From: the human T2T-CHM13v2.0 reference genome, Homo sapiens
Strand: one strand, 5' to 3'
Assembly: GCF_009914755.1 (NCBI RefSeq)
Contig: NC_060931.1
DNA: 64,000 nucleotides
In this document: piece after piece, positions 13,748 through 30,340 of the stretch
Numbering within the stretch: position 1 is the first letter of the stretch
Layout of the letters: each line of letters begins with the position of its first letter
Made by a program: the position numbers and the translations under genes
The notes under the pieces: generated by a model
The model's database searches: none
Seen by the model: only the letters and a program-made list of their open reading frames with translations
What the model was told of the DNA's origin: nothing

Positions 13748-13787
13748 ATATATATATATATATATATACATGTATACACATACACAT
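13748..13787. repeat. (TA)n / (CA)-mixed microsatellite
   Basis: ATATATATATATATATATATACATGTATACACATACAC. Confidence 0.85.
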
Positions 13788-13802
13788 AATCCATATATTT
13801 AT

Positions 13803-14140
13803 AAAATCCTTGACTTAAAATGGAGTTACATCCTAACAAACTCATCATCAGTTGAAAATATTGTAAGTCAAAAATGCGTTCAAGACGTCTAACTTACCAA
13901 ACATGATACATGCTCAGAACACTTACATTAGCCTACAGTGGAGCAAACCATCTAACACAAACCCTATTTATAGCAAAATGTTGGATATCTCATAATTTAT
14001 TGAATACTGCCCTGAAAGTGAAAAACAGAATGGTTGTATGATTACTCAAAGTACAGTGTCTACAGAGTGAGCATTACTGTCACACCATCATAAAGCTGCA
14101 AAATCTAAGTCAAGCCGTTGTCAGTTGGGGACCATATCTA
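13803..14140 (+). mobile_element. MER47A-like Tigger (TcMar) non-autonomous DNA transposon
   Basis: TCCTTGACTTAAAATGGAGTTACATCC...CTCAGAACACTTACATTAGCCTACAG...GTTGGGGACCATATCT follows the MER47A consensus with degenerate terminal inverted repeats. Confidence 0.85.
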
Positions 14141-15034
14141 CACATGTATTTAACCTCTATTTAAATATATATTGAAAGTATGCAAAAATACACCATAAAG
14201 GGTATCCTGAGGAGGATGCCTGGGGACTTTTCTTAGTTAAAATATGGCAGCTAATGGTATGATGAATTTGCTGCCACTCCTCTCTCTGGAGCTTTCTGCG
14301 CTTACTCATTTCTGTTTCAGTTTTGTCATTTCTTTGGAAATCTGTAAAGTGCTGAAATATGGATTCTGCGATTTGTTACAAAAGCCTGAGGGTGTCACTA
14401 ATCCATTATAGAAATAAGGGTGAAAAACAGGTAATTATTTCAAGGAACATGTTGTTGAAAATAGTTTGTTTAAATTCTAGGGTCCCTAAGCTGATTTTTG
14501 GGGGTGAACAGTTGTTCCATTGCATCCAAGCTCGTGCTGCAAAGATGCATTACCCTAACCTCGCTTCCATGCATGGTTTCCTTTGCGGTTTTCCATCATT
14601 TCAAACAAAATTTCCCTTTGGTTTCACAGAATGAAAACATTTTCTGTATGATGAAATTTCAATGTTGCTGAGAAAATGGCTTAAAATGAGAACACTGTGT
14701 TTTACAAAATTATTCAAATTGAAATGCTTCTAATCTAGTAAAATTTTGATTTGTGATGGAGATTTATATTTTCTTATTTTTAAACTAAATCTCATCCAGA
14801 GATAATTGAAATCCAATGGCGAATCCAGATTAGATAAAGGTTCTAATGTGAAAAACCAGTCCTATAGGGTATGTCCTGAGGAGCAGGTATTTGTTTTGAG
14901 AGCTGTGTGCCAATTTCAAGAAGATTTTTTTAAGATTCATATCCTAGAAAGGAAATGTCTGAGTGTAGATTGCTGCTTAGGTTCCTGTAAAGTAATATCT
15001 TTTGATTGCCAAAAAAAAAAAATGTGTCAGGAAC

Positions 15035-15250
15035 TGTGAAGGGTCTAAGATTTCACTCAATTTGTAAGCTAAAATATTAGCTTGCCTCAGTTTCACAGAC
15101 TTTGGCAGAAGAAAAGAAAGTCCTGGATTTTAGACAAAGAACTTAAAGCCATAGAAATAAGAGCAGTCAGAGTGTCAGCATTTTCAAATTTCAGTCCTCT
15201 GATCCCCATTTCCCACAGAGTGAACTGAGAAGGAGCAGGCCACTGAAACC
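15035..15250. mobile_element. ERV1-class LTR fragment (MER90/MER92-like, subfamily uncertain)
   Basis: Starts TGTGAAGGGTCTAAGATTTCACTCAATTTGTAAGCTAA...TGGCAGAAGA...AGACAAAGAACTT, a recognisable LTR terminus. Confidence 0.55.
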
Positions 15251-15334
15251 CATGACTTCACATTAAAAATGCCTAATACCCAATGAATCTCATACTCTTT
15301 TCTGTAATTGAGGATTTAAAAGTTAGTTTTCCAA

Positions 15335-15442
15335 CTTGCCTGATAGCTCCCTAAAATCAGGAGCTGTGTTTTAGATATTTTAACCCTTGTGACCTGGCAG
15401 AATATCTAGCACATAGTCTGCACTCGATACCTGTATGTTAAA
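15335..15442 (+). mobile_element. L2 3' end fragment
   Basis: AGCTCCCTAAAATCAGGAGCTGTGTTTT...ATCTAGCACATAGTCTGCACTCGATA. Confidence 0.55.
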
Positions 15443-17615
15443 ATCAAAAATGAAGTGGATGACACATAGAACCAGCCCTGTCCTCAGAGAGCTTACTTTT
15501 CCTCATACAATCAATAATATCATCAGAAGTTCTTAGAAATATTGCTGAAATGTCTTTGATGATAGCAGTTTTAGTAACTGCACATTGCCTTCTAAGAATT
15601 CCCAAACTGGACCTGTTGCTTGGCAATATTCAAAATTGCCCTGATGTTGAATATTTTTAGAAGCTTTCATCAAATTTTATTATATGCCAATGACTCTGAT
15701 ATAGCTTTAAATGTATAATTGTGTTCAATCATCAAGAAATATTATTAAGTAACTGTTGTAATTAATCTCATTTTTAAAAGAGAAACATAATAAATCAGTG
15801 ACAGAGTTAAGACTTGAAATTAGGAAGTGTGAGTAGACTCTTTCATAAATATATTGCACTCGCCTCACCTAGCTGTATCACCTATACAATGGTGAATTCC
15901 TCTTTTTATAAACTAATAATGAAAAATTAAACTACTGAACTGCAACAGCAATTCAAACCAATCCTTACAATTTCAACGTGAAATATTTCTCAGACTGTGC
16001 ATACACTGGGTTACAAAATGATCTTGGAAGAAAGATATACAATATTAGAAGATATTTTATTCCCAGATTTATTAGTAGTACTTAAATGACTTCAGGTATG
16101 TATTAACAAATTGATAATTGAAAAATATATTGTGTGATAGGAGTTAGAGTTACATATTAATTTTGATGATGTCTACTCCAAACCATCTGTTATTGCAAAA
16201 AAGTCACTACACATATAAGCTATGCAGTTTGTAGAAAGTACACATTGCTAACACAGTATATTTAAATAGCTACAGGTATTCATACGTCAAATAGAAGGCA
16301 TTATGTGGGTTTTGTGGGGGCTTTGTGTGTTTGTTTGTTTTACTGTTGATTTATTTGTTATAGTAACTAAGGCTGTAGTTACTCAGCAGTAATATGATTC
16401 CAGGGATACTTAACATTACCAAGAAATTTTAGCTGAGAATGCCACCCTATATGTATACAATTCAATCATTTTCAGATAACCATATGTTGTCATAGAAAAG
16501 ATCTTACAGTAGATTTTTGTTTGGCATGAGTGGTAGAGCAAATTGGAATATATATATATTTATTTTTATATTTACAGATACCCACTTTAAAATGTTTTAA
16601 GATTGTATTTTCTTATAAAAAGGTAATTTTAGAAAATATAGAAAAATATAAAGAAGAAACCTCACTCATTGATAATCCCAACACTCAAAATTACATTGCA
16701 AACATTTTGGTGCATTTCCTTTCTATAGGCATGCCCACACAAAGACACACACTGAACATTAGAGGAGTTTTGCATTCTGTATTTTTACTTTTCAATTTAA
16801 GACCATATTAATTATTTCATTATTAATTATTGTATTACATTATCCACTAACCATTATAAAAAACACGATAATTAAAGTCTACATAATGTTACATCGCATG
16901 ACTGTACCATCATTAATTTAAATATATTCTAAATATTGGGAATTGTTTGTTTCTTAGATTTTTCTATTAGCAAAATGTTACTTTAAAATATTTCAATTAT
17001 AATATTTAGATTAGACACTGTATAAAAATCCCATCTCAATCACACAATGACATAACATTTTTATCTTACACAAATATGAGCCATTTCACTCCAAGTGTCT
17101 AGAATCTCCTTTACTGGGGAAAAATTACATAATTATTTCATAAGATTGTTGCCTATAATTGTAGTCGTAGTTGGATTCTGACCTATAATTCCAGTCACAA
17201 TATTGTATAATCCAGAGTCCCAAATGAAGAAAAACTATTCTCTGGCTCTGAAAATAAAATTGCATAAAATTTCCCATTGCATTTATAACCCTTTCTAGGG
17301 ATTTATTGTATGAATTTAAAGTACTTCGGCTTCTAAAGTCGAGGTTATAGATTTTGAATGAGACTATAACTTATTCACACTTATTTTAAATTGGGCAAAT
17401 ATACTTTTTAAACCCAAGCATATGTTAGCCAAATTTAATATACATTCACTGACTACTGTAAAGTCATTCTGCTGCCATATCAAGGGCACACAGACAGACA
17501 TTGGACAAAGGTTCTGCCTTCAAAGGGCTTTCATTTTAGTTGTTGTCATACATAGAGGTGAGAACGAGGGAAAATATCCATGAGACCCAGCAGGATTTGA
17601 GCTGACATGATATAA

Positions 17616-17967
<352 letters not shown>

Positions 17968-20900
17968 CAGAAAAATCTTTATGGGAACTAAAGGAGGCAA
18001 GACCAAGTTTATCTGCAGTAAGATGTTAACAACATTTCATAAAGGAAGTAGACTCATGAGAAAATATTCTCCAACAGAGTAGTTCCACCAAAATAAACTA
18101 GCACTTAATTCACTTGTTAAAGTTACTTTCTTGATTTTAGGATAAAATTAAGTTTTCACCATTATTCACGGTATGAAGTGAGAATAGCCCAGGTATGAGT
18201 AAATAGCTAGAGTTGATATTTGATGCTTCAAAATACCCTTCATCATATAAACTGCAATCTTATATCTATTTTTTTAAGCCTGAACCAACAGATGCATCTA
18301 GCCTGAATGAGCATTTTAACATATGAGAGAAGTTGAGTCCCGGTGGAGTCCTTACCATGAAAATTTTTGCGAAAGAAGTAGGTCTTTCCTGTCTCTAAAC
18401 CACAGGCCCTGTAAGAGGTCTTCTAGGAGATGCGGTAAGAATTCCACAAGTGTATGAAATCTACTCTCATCTTTGCTCCATGGTTACTAACAGCATTTGT
18501 ACTTATGTGAGCTGTGAAAATTAGTTAAAGGCGGCTTCTAAGTATTTATACAACTACCTGGAAAAGAGAGGTCGACTGTGTTAGGTTCTACCTGAAATCA
18601 TCTAGCACAGTGTGTTTCACTTATTTTTCATTTATTTTACCTTTTTAAGACTACAGAATCACTTGACGAGGCTATAAAATGGCTAGGTCCTAACCCATGC
18701 CCTCTGAATCTGAATGTTTAGGGCTACAACTTCAGCTTCAATTTCACTAATACTCAAATCTGTTCTTAGATGTTGTGTAAGATCATTGAACTGTGTATTT
18801 TACATTTGAATGACTCCCGTCAAGCTCTTTCTGTCCTCAGATGATCTGGTTTAGAAAGCGTAACATTTATTCTACAAACAGAGTTTAGCTAAGGGAAGTT
18901 TTGTACTTCCCTTAGCCAAATTATGTGGATGTAATTCTGATAGGCTATAAAACCAACAGGTGAAGATATATAATTATGAACTTTTATATACGTAACAACA
19001 TAATTCTAAAACATATGAGTTAAAAACATAATGAATAGGATTTATATATTACCTTTACTTTTAAAATTTATTTTGTTCACAATGTAGCATGTCATCATTT
19101 TAAATAATCTAGAATCATCCTAAGTCATCCCATGATTTAAAAATTACACCATAGTTTATGGTCATCATGAGTGATTCAAGCCCTTATTACTGGCTATTTA
19201 GGTTTGTAATACTTTCTTACCATAAAAAATGAGAAATATTTTATGAATCTACTTGTATATAACCTTTGTGATATTTACAACTATTCTGTAAGTAAAATTG
19301 CCCCATCAAATGTATAAATAAGTGAGAGGGTTTCAAATTGATTTGCAAAACATCCTCTGTAAATGTTACAATTTACACCAAAAATAGCATCCTAGTGTGT
19401 GCAGTTCCTCACATGAATAAGAGATATTTCTTAAAAACAATATTAGTCGTTTTTATTTTTATCTCCCATAATTGATTTTCCTAAGATCTTATTGTTCTAG
19501 TGAGTTCAGAACTTGTTAATAAGATTGGAAATTTTTCATAGAACGGGTAATTTTGGGGGTGAACTTACATTTGTCTTTGACAGCTTTTGACAGCTTTTAT
19601 GATGGAGTTTATCTTTCCTCATTGATATGTAATGCATCCAGATGTAACATATATGGTAATCAACTCTCTGTCATATATGTTCAATTATTTTTCCATCTGC
19701 TCTTCCTCACAGTTTTGCGTATGTGCATATTTAAAAGGTAAAATTTCAGAAAATTATTTTGTCTTTGAGTCTTGGTAACTTCATTTTGAAAAGAAGTTGA
19801 AGATTAAACAGACTTACACAGTTTTGACTGTGTTACCCTCTTCTTTAACATTTCTATAGAAAAAGGCATCAGATTTCCATATCACACTCTGAGATTTTTT
19901 TTGGCAACATTCATGGCCCATTCATTTGTTTGGCCTTTCATTTTTCAGCCTCTACTGCCAATGGAATGTTCGCTTTTGATATGTTCTAAATAGGAGAGGA
20001 AGGTGAATACAGAAATTTCACTGAAAATACACAGATTCCTTAGTTTTCTCATGACTGTAAAGATGCATCTGTAATGCAGTCCCTGAATCACACCACAGCA
20101 TTTGGCTTAATATTACAGGGACTCGAATATGCATGTTACACACTAACAAGCACTATGACTCTATGGAGGGTACCTGCGCTTCGAATTTCACAACACTGTG
20201 CCTTTTAGTTTATAGTTGTCTCCAAGTCTTATAGCTAATAAGAATCCAGGTGCTCTCAGCTGGGTCTGCAGATGTCGGGAATTAGGACAGACACACAGCG
20301 GAACGCTTGCTTTCTCTTCCCCCTGGTGTCTGTGACACAGAAGCATCCATCCTCAAGAGAGACCCAAAAAGGTCATCTGGAACAGCAGAGAAGAGAACGC
20401 CAAACTACTGACACCAGAATTCCACAAATAGACCACGCTATTGGAAGGGAGTCTGACTTGCTGCAGTTTTAGTGTTAGAATCATTCTTTTTAATGGAATT
20501 GACTCACACTTAGAAAGATGTGCTTGATTATACCAGGTGCCGAATGGAAACACTACACATTGACTCCGCTTCCTCTGTCCTTCTATGACCTCTGCCTCCT
20601 TTTAACTTTTTTTAGTTATTTTTTATGACATGGAAAAATTACTCAATATACTTAACTTTAGTTATTGCTTTTCAGAGATGTAGAAATTGTAATAATGTTG
20701 AAGTTTAAAAATTAATCACATTTTTAAATGAATTGTTTATACGGTTTATTCGGTATTTTTTGGAAATCATTCAGTAGTAGTAAGTGTGGAGTGTATCATC
20801 TTTTCATATCATTCCATAATTTGTCATATTAATGTTCATAATGTCTAAATTAAGATTTTAGTTTTCCCCCAAAATATTACTAAGTAAAACTTAGGTCTCA

Positions 20901-22468
20901 TAGGCTGAGCAGCAGGTAAGGTCATAGTTTTCCTGGCCAAGGCAGAAGAGAGAGCCCTGGGTTAGCAAAGCAGCATCCTGTGGGTAGGCCCAGCCCTGTC
21001 CAGAAATGTCACGTCACCTGAGTCCTGAACCTAAGCATCGCAGGAAGCAAAACAGCAGGACTGGCTCAAGTAATCTGTAACTTTCTAAAATAGAGATGAA
21101 AGTTTAAGGAAAAAAAAGCTATTTTGGCCAAACCACCAGGGAAGCCCATGTTGTCAGTAGGTTGTCTCATTTGCTTATACATGTCTCATGCAGATAACAA
21201 AGGTAATAAAGTATCAACTTCATGATTTCACTGTCAGTTTTCTATTGGCAAGCATGCCGAAACACGTAAAGCCTGATCCCATGATTCCCTCATTTTTCTG
21301 TTTTCATTCCTCTCTAATGCATAGAATTCCCTAAACATGTGTGAGACATTAGTCATCATGCAGAAAACCTTCCTCTGGAGAAACACACGTGGGTGTCCCC
21401 AGCTGCAGTCTTGCTCTGTCTCCATCAACCTCAGCGAGAAACAAGTGCAGACTAATAAGACTTCCCTTTCATCTTTGGCTCCAGTCTGGTGCTTTTAAAA
21501 CATATTTGGAAATAGCCCTAATACACATTTTGAAATAAGAACTAATCATCATTGTGTAGATCACCCTTTCCCCGAATTCCTGGGTTTTATTACCTATACT
21601 TAAAAGAAAATAATTATAGAAATAAGTGCTTATGCACAAATATACTAGAAAATGATCCAGTATCTAATAAGTTGAAAATGTATGCAAATTTATATTTTAA
21701 AATTTTATTGGAAATCAAACTTGAAGCTTTTCATTTGTTCAGGAGCACAAAAAGGCAGAGGAATCCTCTTAGCCTGGGCAGGGGTGGATTCACTTGTCTC
21801 TCTTGGGGACCATGGGGGACATCACTCTCATTAGATCTTAGCAGTTATTGGGAAGGTATAAGGCACACTTTGCTCATTCTATTTCTAAGCTTAAATAAGT
21901 GTGCCATTAAGCTTAAATAATTTTGCCACCTGATTCCCATAAGTGGGAGGCAAACACAGTGACCTATCTTTACTTTTAAACTCAGTAGAAAGTATTGCAA
22001 GAAAAATTTCCAAAGATAAGATATCCAGAAAGAGGCTCAATACCAGTAAATTGTATATTACTGAGTGTGGCATCACTAATTAAATTTGAGGAAGAAGAAG
22101 ATACTATTCACCTATTTTTCAACTTAGATTTTATCTTCAGATCTTTATGAGATCTGAAATTGAACTCAAAGGACAGGATGTTAAGAAATTTCTCTTAGGA
22201 TAAACAGCAGTTTCTAGCTCTTATCAGGGAAATAGAACAGACAGAAACAAACCAAAAACAATGAGGCTCACACAATAAATCTTTTCCCATGTTTTTGGCT
22301 GGTGCATCCACTCAAACTCCATCTCTAAAGTGATGGGCTATAAAACACTTAATGAGTGTGAGGAAAGGGTGGGTTTTTAAAGCTCCCAGCTAAATTGGGG
22401 TTTTAGTATCAAAGCAGCTAGCAATCTTGCCCTAACAAATGCACAGGAGCTGGATGTGGGAATATACA

Positions 22469-22842
22469 GGGTGCCTTCATGGGGTACTTCTTTTACCTGG
22501 TAGACAGCCTAATGTCTAGTGGTCCCACCCATTACCAGGGGATCTCTTAGACAGGAAACTTGTTTAGACTGGCAGACACTCTTGTGGCTCTTGTCTGACC
22601 TGGGTCCAGAGTAAGCCTGCCTGACCTTTCCTCTGCACTGGGAGACTGACCTTGTGTTCTCCCCTTCCCAGGGAACCCTTGGCCTGGGGCATCCCCTTCG
22701 AATGGAAGGTGGAAATTCAATACACCACCACAATAGGAAACGTGCTCACAGATTTTACTAAGAGGCCCTAGTCCAGGAGGGCTCTGTGAGTGGGGAGGGC
22801 AGTCCTTTGCCCCCAGGTTAGGGGAGGCAGGAGTGGAGAATC

Positions 22843-22895
<53 letters not shown>

Positions 22896-23183
22896 CAAAT
22901 AGCAGCATATACAAGGGAAAAGGATGTGGGACACTTTTAAGTTCATGAGCAAATGCCCAAATGGTCCCATTAAGGGAGGCTTTGGGAAAGTGGGGTGCCC
23001 AGTCTGCTAGACAGGAGAGATGCCTCTAAGTGTTTATTTATGAGCACCGGCTTAAGCCATGTGGTGTAGTATAGAAATGGAATATGTGTCAAGGGTGATA
23101 GAGCCCTGCTTCTGGTATGAGAAAGTCAAACCTGCACTCAAAATCAATGCTGAAGAAACATAAAATTATAAGAATTCACCAGA
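22469..23183 (-). mobile_element. MER54 (ERVL) solo LTR
   Basis: Reverse complement reads GTGAATTCTTATAATTTTATGTT...TTTCTCATACCAGAAGCAGGGCTC...AGAGGCATCTCTCCTG, as in MER54A/B. Confidence 0.8.
22847..22894. repeat. (AG)24 perfect microsatellite inside MER54
   Basis: Uninterrupted AG dinucleotide run. Confidence 0.97.
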
Positions 23184-24342
23184 GTATGTCTTTCTTATCA
23201 TCAACCAAGAGGAGATTTGGGAAACTGCATTACACTCGATCAGAGTTGGGAAAACAATAATCAGAGATACGTATTTGAAGAAACTATTCTGGGTACCTGG
23301 AACTCCCTGCAGAAAAAACGGAAGGAAAACAAAAGACACTCTAAAAATATTTACAAAACTTGTCATTATGTTATTTGTATAAGATTTTATGTGCAATGAA
23401 TAAAATATATATTCTCCTGACTTACTAATAAGCCCCTTCCTGTCTCTGCACATCCCATCTGCTGGTACAACCTCAGGGAAAAGGGAAGGAAAAGGGGCAG
23501 GCCTGGAAGGAGACCCAGGAGATTACAGGGAAGATGGGAGGAGGGACAGGGAGGCAGACAGAGGGAGGGTCAGCCAGCAAGGTGACAGCAAGGACAAATG
23601 CCCGCTCTGGGCTGGATCATCTTAAGGGAGATACAGAATCAGAGGGGTAATTATAGGGCATCCTGTCAGAGACTCTAGGGAGGGATCTCGTCACATTTCT
23701 CTGCAATAACTCAGAGGAGCAAAAATAGAGACTGAGAGTAACCACAAGCTACACTTGCATTTGGTATTTGGTGGAGAAGAACCAAAAGGCCTATACGTTG
23801 CATTGAAAGGGGATGACAGCATGGCTCAAAAGTGAGCCTGAGGAGTGTCAGTGGAAGGAACAAAATGACTCCGACAACAAAAGCATCAGGATGGGCCATT
23901 ATAGCCCAAGCTAAGATCCAGGCAGTCAGCAGCCCAGAAAGGGGGCTGTGGAGCAGAGACGCACAAAGGAGCAGCCCTGTCTGTCTCTGGCACAGAAAAC
24001 ACAGTCCTCAGAGCTCTTCACAGGGCAGCAGAACTGGTTTTCTAGAGAAACCTTGAAACCATTAAAAGCCAACCCAAAGAAACTCTTTGCTTAAGCTAAG
24101 TGATTTATACCTATGTGATGAGAGGCTAGACAGATATTAAAATCGAGGAGCTGGAAAATACTTATGAACAAATAAAAAGGCAGTAACCAGATTTTAATTC
24201 ATAGCTAGTATGTATGTATATGCAAATAAAGATCATTAAAGAAATACACCAAAATATTTATGAAGCTTATTGTTGGGAGATGGGATTATAGATTTTTCCT
24301 TGAGAAATTTGTGGTTTTTTTCAGGAGTTCTGCACTAAACAT

Positions 24343-24640
24343 GCATATTAGTCAGGCTAAGTTATGTCATGGCAAGAAGACTAGAATCTGTGTGGCTTAG
24401 TACAAAGACAGTTTACTCTCCTCGTGTGAGTAAGGCTTGCAGTGTGCATCAGCAGCAGACGCTTACCTCATGGTTTCTAAGACAGGACAGCTGGGACATG
24501 GCAACGTGGACTGTGGCTCTTTCTGGTTCCATCTCCCATTTTCTTAGTGGAGGCTGGTCACAGGCCCCCACCTGAAGTCACAAACTGCCTGGAAAAAGCA
24601 AAGCACTGGCTGCCACAGAGCAGCATGAATCATTTCTTCA
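24343..24640 (-). mobile_element. Old MLT1 (MaLR) LTR fragment
   Basis: ATTAGTCAGGCTAAGTTATG...GTGGCTTAGTACAAAG...GGTCACAGGCCCCCACCT pattern. Confidence 0.5.
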
Positions 24641-27600
24641 GCATCAATTTATTTTTAAGTAAAAATAAAATTAAATAAAATTTTTAAAATTTGATTTGTA
24701 GAAGAATTTTCCCAGCCAAAATTTCTCTAATGCCATAAAAACTTGAAAATATCATAAATTTTAAATAATACATAAAAACATTTTCAAACATTCAGTAAGT
24801 AAAGATAGAAAATCAAAATTATACTTTGGAATATTTTAGAATATGACTAAGGTTTTCTTTTCCCTCAGTCTCCATGAGTTATATTCCAATGTATTCTCTT
24901 TTTTTTCCTTCTACTGTAATTGTCCAGGTTTTATTTCCATAAATACATTGTTGATGTGGGTCTCTGCTCAAGCCTTCAATATCTATATGTCAGTTTGTCT
25001 GTCATCATTTTCGATGGTTTTAATTTTCCTCTGCTTTCTTAGAGGAACTGAAGTTTGGGATCTATTCAAATGTTAACATTTTCCACATCAAATATCTATG
25101 TATTCTATCTCCAGTGAGGTTTTGATCTTGCTCATTAACGTTTCTGCTTCCATGTAACCTATGCTATTTTAATCCAGACCTCTTTAACCTGAGCTTTCAG
25201 TCCTGCCTCCTGTCTGATTTTCATTCATTGTACTACACTTTCTTTTCATCCAAACTTATTCTCTTCTTAGCATTTTGAGGTCTTATTCCAAGGGGCCATG
25301 CCTTCTTCTATTCTATTAAGGAAGTCAAACAGCTTGCTGAAATTATTTTATGATGCCTTGCTTTACAATGTTCTCGGAGATGCGCTTTTCTTTACAGCAA
25401 TGAGAAAAGTACTCTCTTCACTTTCTTCTGCAGTATTTTGTTTCATACATTTCAAGATTATTGTTCTCTCATTACATTTATCAGGAAATAGATATCAAAG
25501 CAGACACTGGAATTGCCCTCCAAACCCTGTGGATTCCCCACAACTGTTCATTTTCTGCCTATGTCATGGATGGAGGTCCTTTCTGGTCCCCTGCAGAAGC
25601 CTGGTTGCATTGCTAGGGTGCAGCCCAACCCTTAAGCTGGAGCCCAGCCATGCCCCTGATGCCCAACCAGTGAGAATGCTAATATTGAGGCTGCATGGAA
25701 GCCCTTACCTGGTGTCTCCCCTCACCACCTGCTAGCATGGGGATTTCTAATGGGAAACACCCCTCCCTGCACCACTCTCTTCATGTATCTCACAAATGCC
25801 TCTACCTAAATTTGTGGTCTGTTTTCCACAAGGATACTCCCTACTATGGCTGTGAAAGAGGCCTCAGGGGTGAAGCAGTGTTCTAAATGATCAGATTATG
25901 GTGCTCATATCATAGAGAAGTTTTGAGGCTAACTACTAACAGACCAAGAAGTGTCGTCTTATCTTCTCTTCGTTAGTTGGAACTCCTCTGATAAGATTTT
26001 AAAGAAAATTTGCACTTTTTGTGACATTAAATTAATTTAAATAGCTAAGCTATTGATTTCAACCTTCTGTAGAATAATTTGATTTCAACACATCATCCCT
26101 AATTTTAATCTAAGATTTGTGAAACATATTTTTCTATCATAAATTAGATTATTTTTAACTGCACTATCTTTGCTTTAATAAAAATGTGTAAAAGAAACGC
26201 CTATTTTAAGTTAAGCTCAAAAGTCGACATTCTGTTTTGCTGATGATGAATTATGAGATGAGATATTTTAGTGGTTTAATATATATTATAACCTCCATGC
26301 TATTTATCTTCATTTTATTCTATAACTTTATCAAGGACAAAATATAGCTATCTCAGTATATACTTGGTGCAAAATGTTTTATTTGTTTAATATTAATTGA
26401 GTTATTTCCAAGGGGTTGACATGCTTCAGGAGCTCTTTCTGACCCATGCTGAGAGCAAACCAAACACTGAAAAATGGCTAAAATGCTGGAAGAAGTGGGG
26501 AGAAAAAAAAACCTTGCTATTACTAAAAAAAGACTGCAGATGAAAATGAAGCCTAAATGGTTAAGAGTCTGTCGACAAGGGTTCCAGTCCAGTCCTTCCT
26601 TGCCATAAGGTGTGAGCTCAGGAAAATATTTTTTCATTACTGGCTCCATGTGGAATCTCTTCCATCATTGCACAGTTGTGTCAACCATTGTAAAGATGCA
26701 CCAGGCTGGAAGCTCCTCGAGCAGTGGCAATGCCCCCAGTAATGTCACTAAGTTGATATGTGGAGGACACTACTGCCCTTCTGAGGAGATACCACTGTGT
26801 TTCCCTCACCATGACACTGCATCCAGTTCCTGCCCCCAGCACAGCTCTGCTGTCCTGGGATGCTCGCTGTTCCTGAAGCCCCTGCTGCGTCCCCGAACAC
26901 CACCAACCGTGGCCACCAGCCACCACGAAGGAGAGGGCTCTGGGTTATTCCTGTCCAGGTATCACCAGCTCCATTGTAAAGTCCAGAGTGTGTGGTCTCA
27001 AGGGCTGAGAAGCCAGTTGCAAGGAGGTCTGGGAAGCAAGGCCTGATTTCCCACCAAGGTTCAGGAGGCAAAACAGGGTGAGCCTCAGAAAGAAGGACAA
27101 AGTTCCACTTGTAACGAGAAGCAGGTGGAATCAGGACTCGCCCTGGTTGGTTTGCTTTGCAGCTAGATACATGGATTGCCTTTGTCCCATTGGGAGGAGG
27201 TGTGCTTGAACAGAGCCTCAGGCAGGCATCCTCCTGCTGGCCTGTGGGGCGGCAACTTCCTCATATGCCCCATGGATTTTATGAACTAGTCACATGACTT
27301 TACCAGTGATTGATGTACATAAGTCCAGATTGTCTGTAACTAAGCATTCTGCCTGTGCAATGTGACCATCACAGCAACCCCATCAAAAAAGATCAATAGG
27401 GTACTGATGTCTTCCTCTTGGAGCAGAAAGCCTCCAACCAGACTGAAGCCCAAACAGGTCTCTTTATGGGGTGCTAAGAGGCTGGGACTTGGTGTCTCCA
27501 CTGCCCTTCTGCCTGGAAATTCCAGCTTGAGCCCTGTGTCTCCTGCATTCTCGGTACCCTATAGCATGATTGCCCAATTTCCAGACATACACACACGTCC

Positions 27601-28194
27601 TCATTCACTGATGAACACTTAACCGAAGCTTCCTCCCATATGCTCCACATGCCATGGGTCTTTTCAAAACGTATACAAATCAATGAAATTATTAAAAATT
27701 AACATCAGGAAAAGATTCAAAGAGCTCGCCCATAAAAAATTTCATCAATCTTGTTCTGTAAACTTAAGAAATCACTAAAAGACTAAAATCCAGGAAATAT
27801 TTTGAAACAGTGCAGCCACCCAAAGCCACATGGTCTTTGAATAGAAACATTAAAGTTGAAAAGTTGCAGAGGAAGTTTAGTAACAAGTATTCTACCCAGA
27901 ATATAGTAGTGGAACATCTAAACATTGCAGCATTAGGAAAAAATGATGTCTTTATTACTATTCAGATAGAATAAGTCAGTTCTAAAAAATTAAATGGATA
28001 AGAGAAAGGAAATAGAAACCAACAGAAAGGGCATGTGGTGTCTTCTGGTGCAATCCTCCCAGCTCAAAAGGAGGGAAGGACCCAGAGGTCTTCACTGCAG
28101 GGCTCAGGGTCTTGCAGGGAGGGGTATTTCCTCCTTGCAAGGGCAACGGAGACTCTGGTTTTCATTTGTAAATGGAAAAAGCTTGGGGTCTCAC

Positions 28195-30340
<2,146 letters not shown>

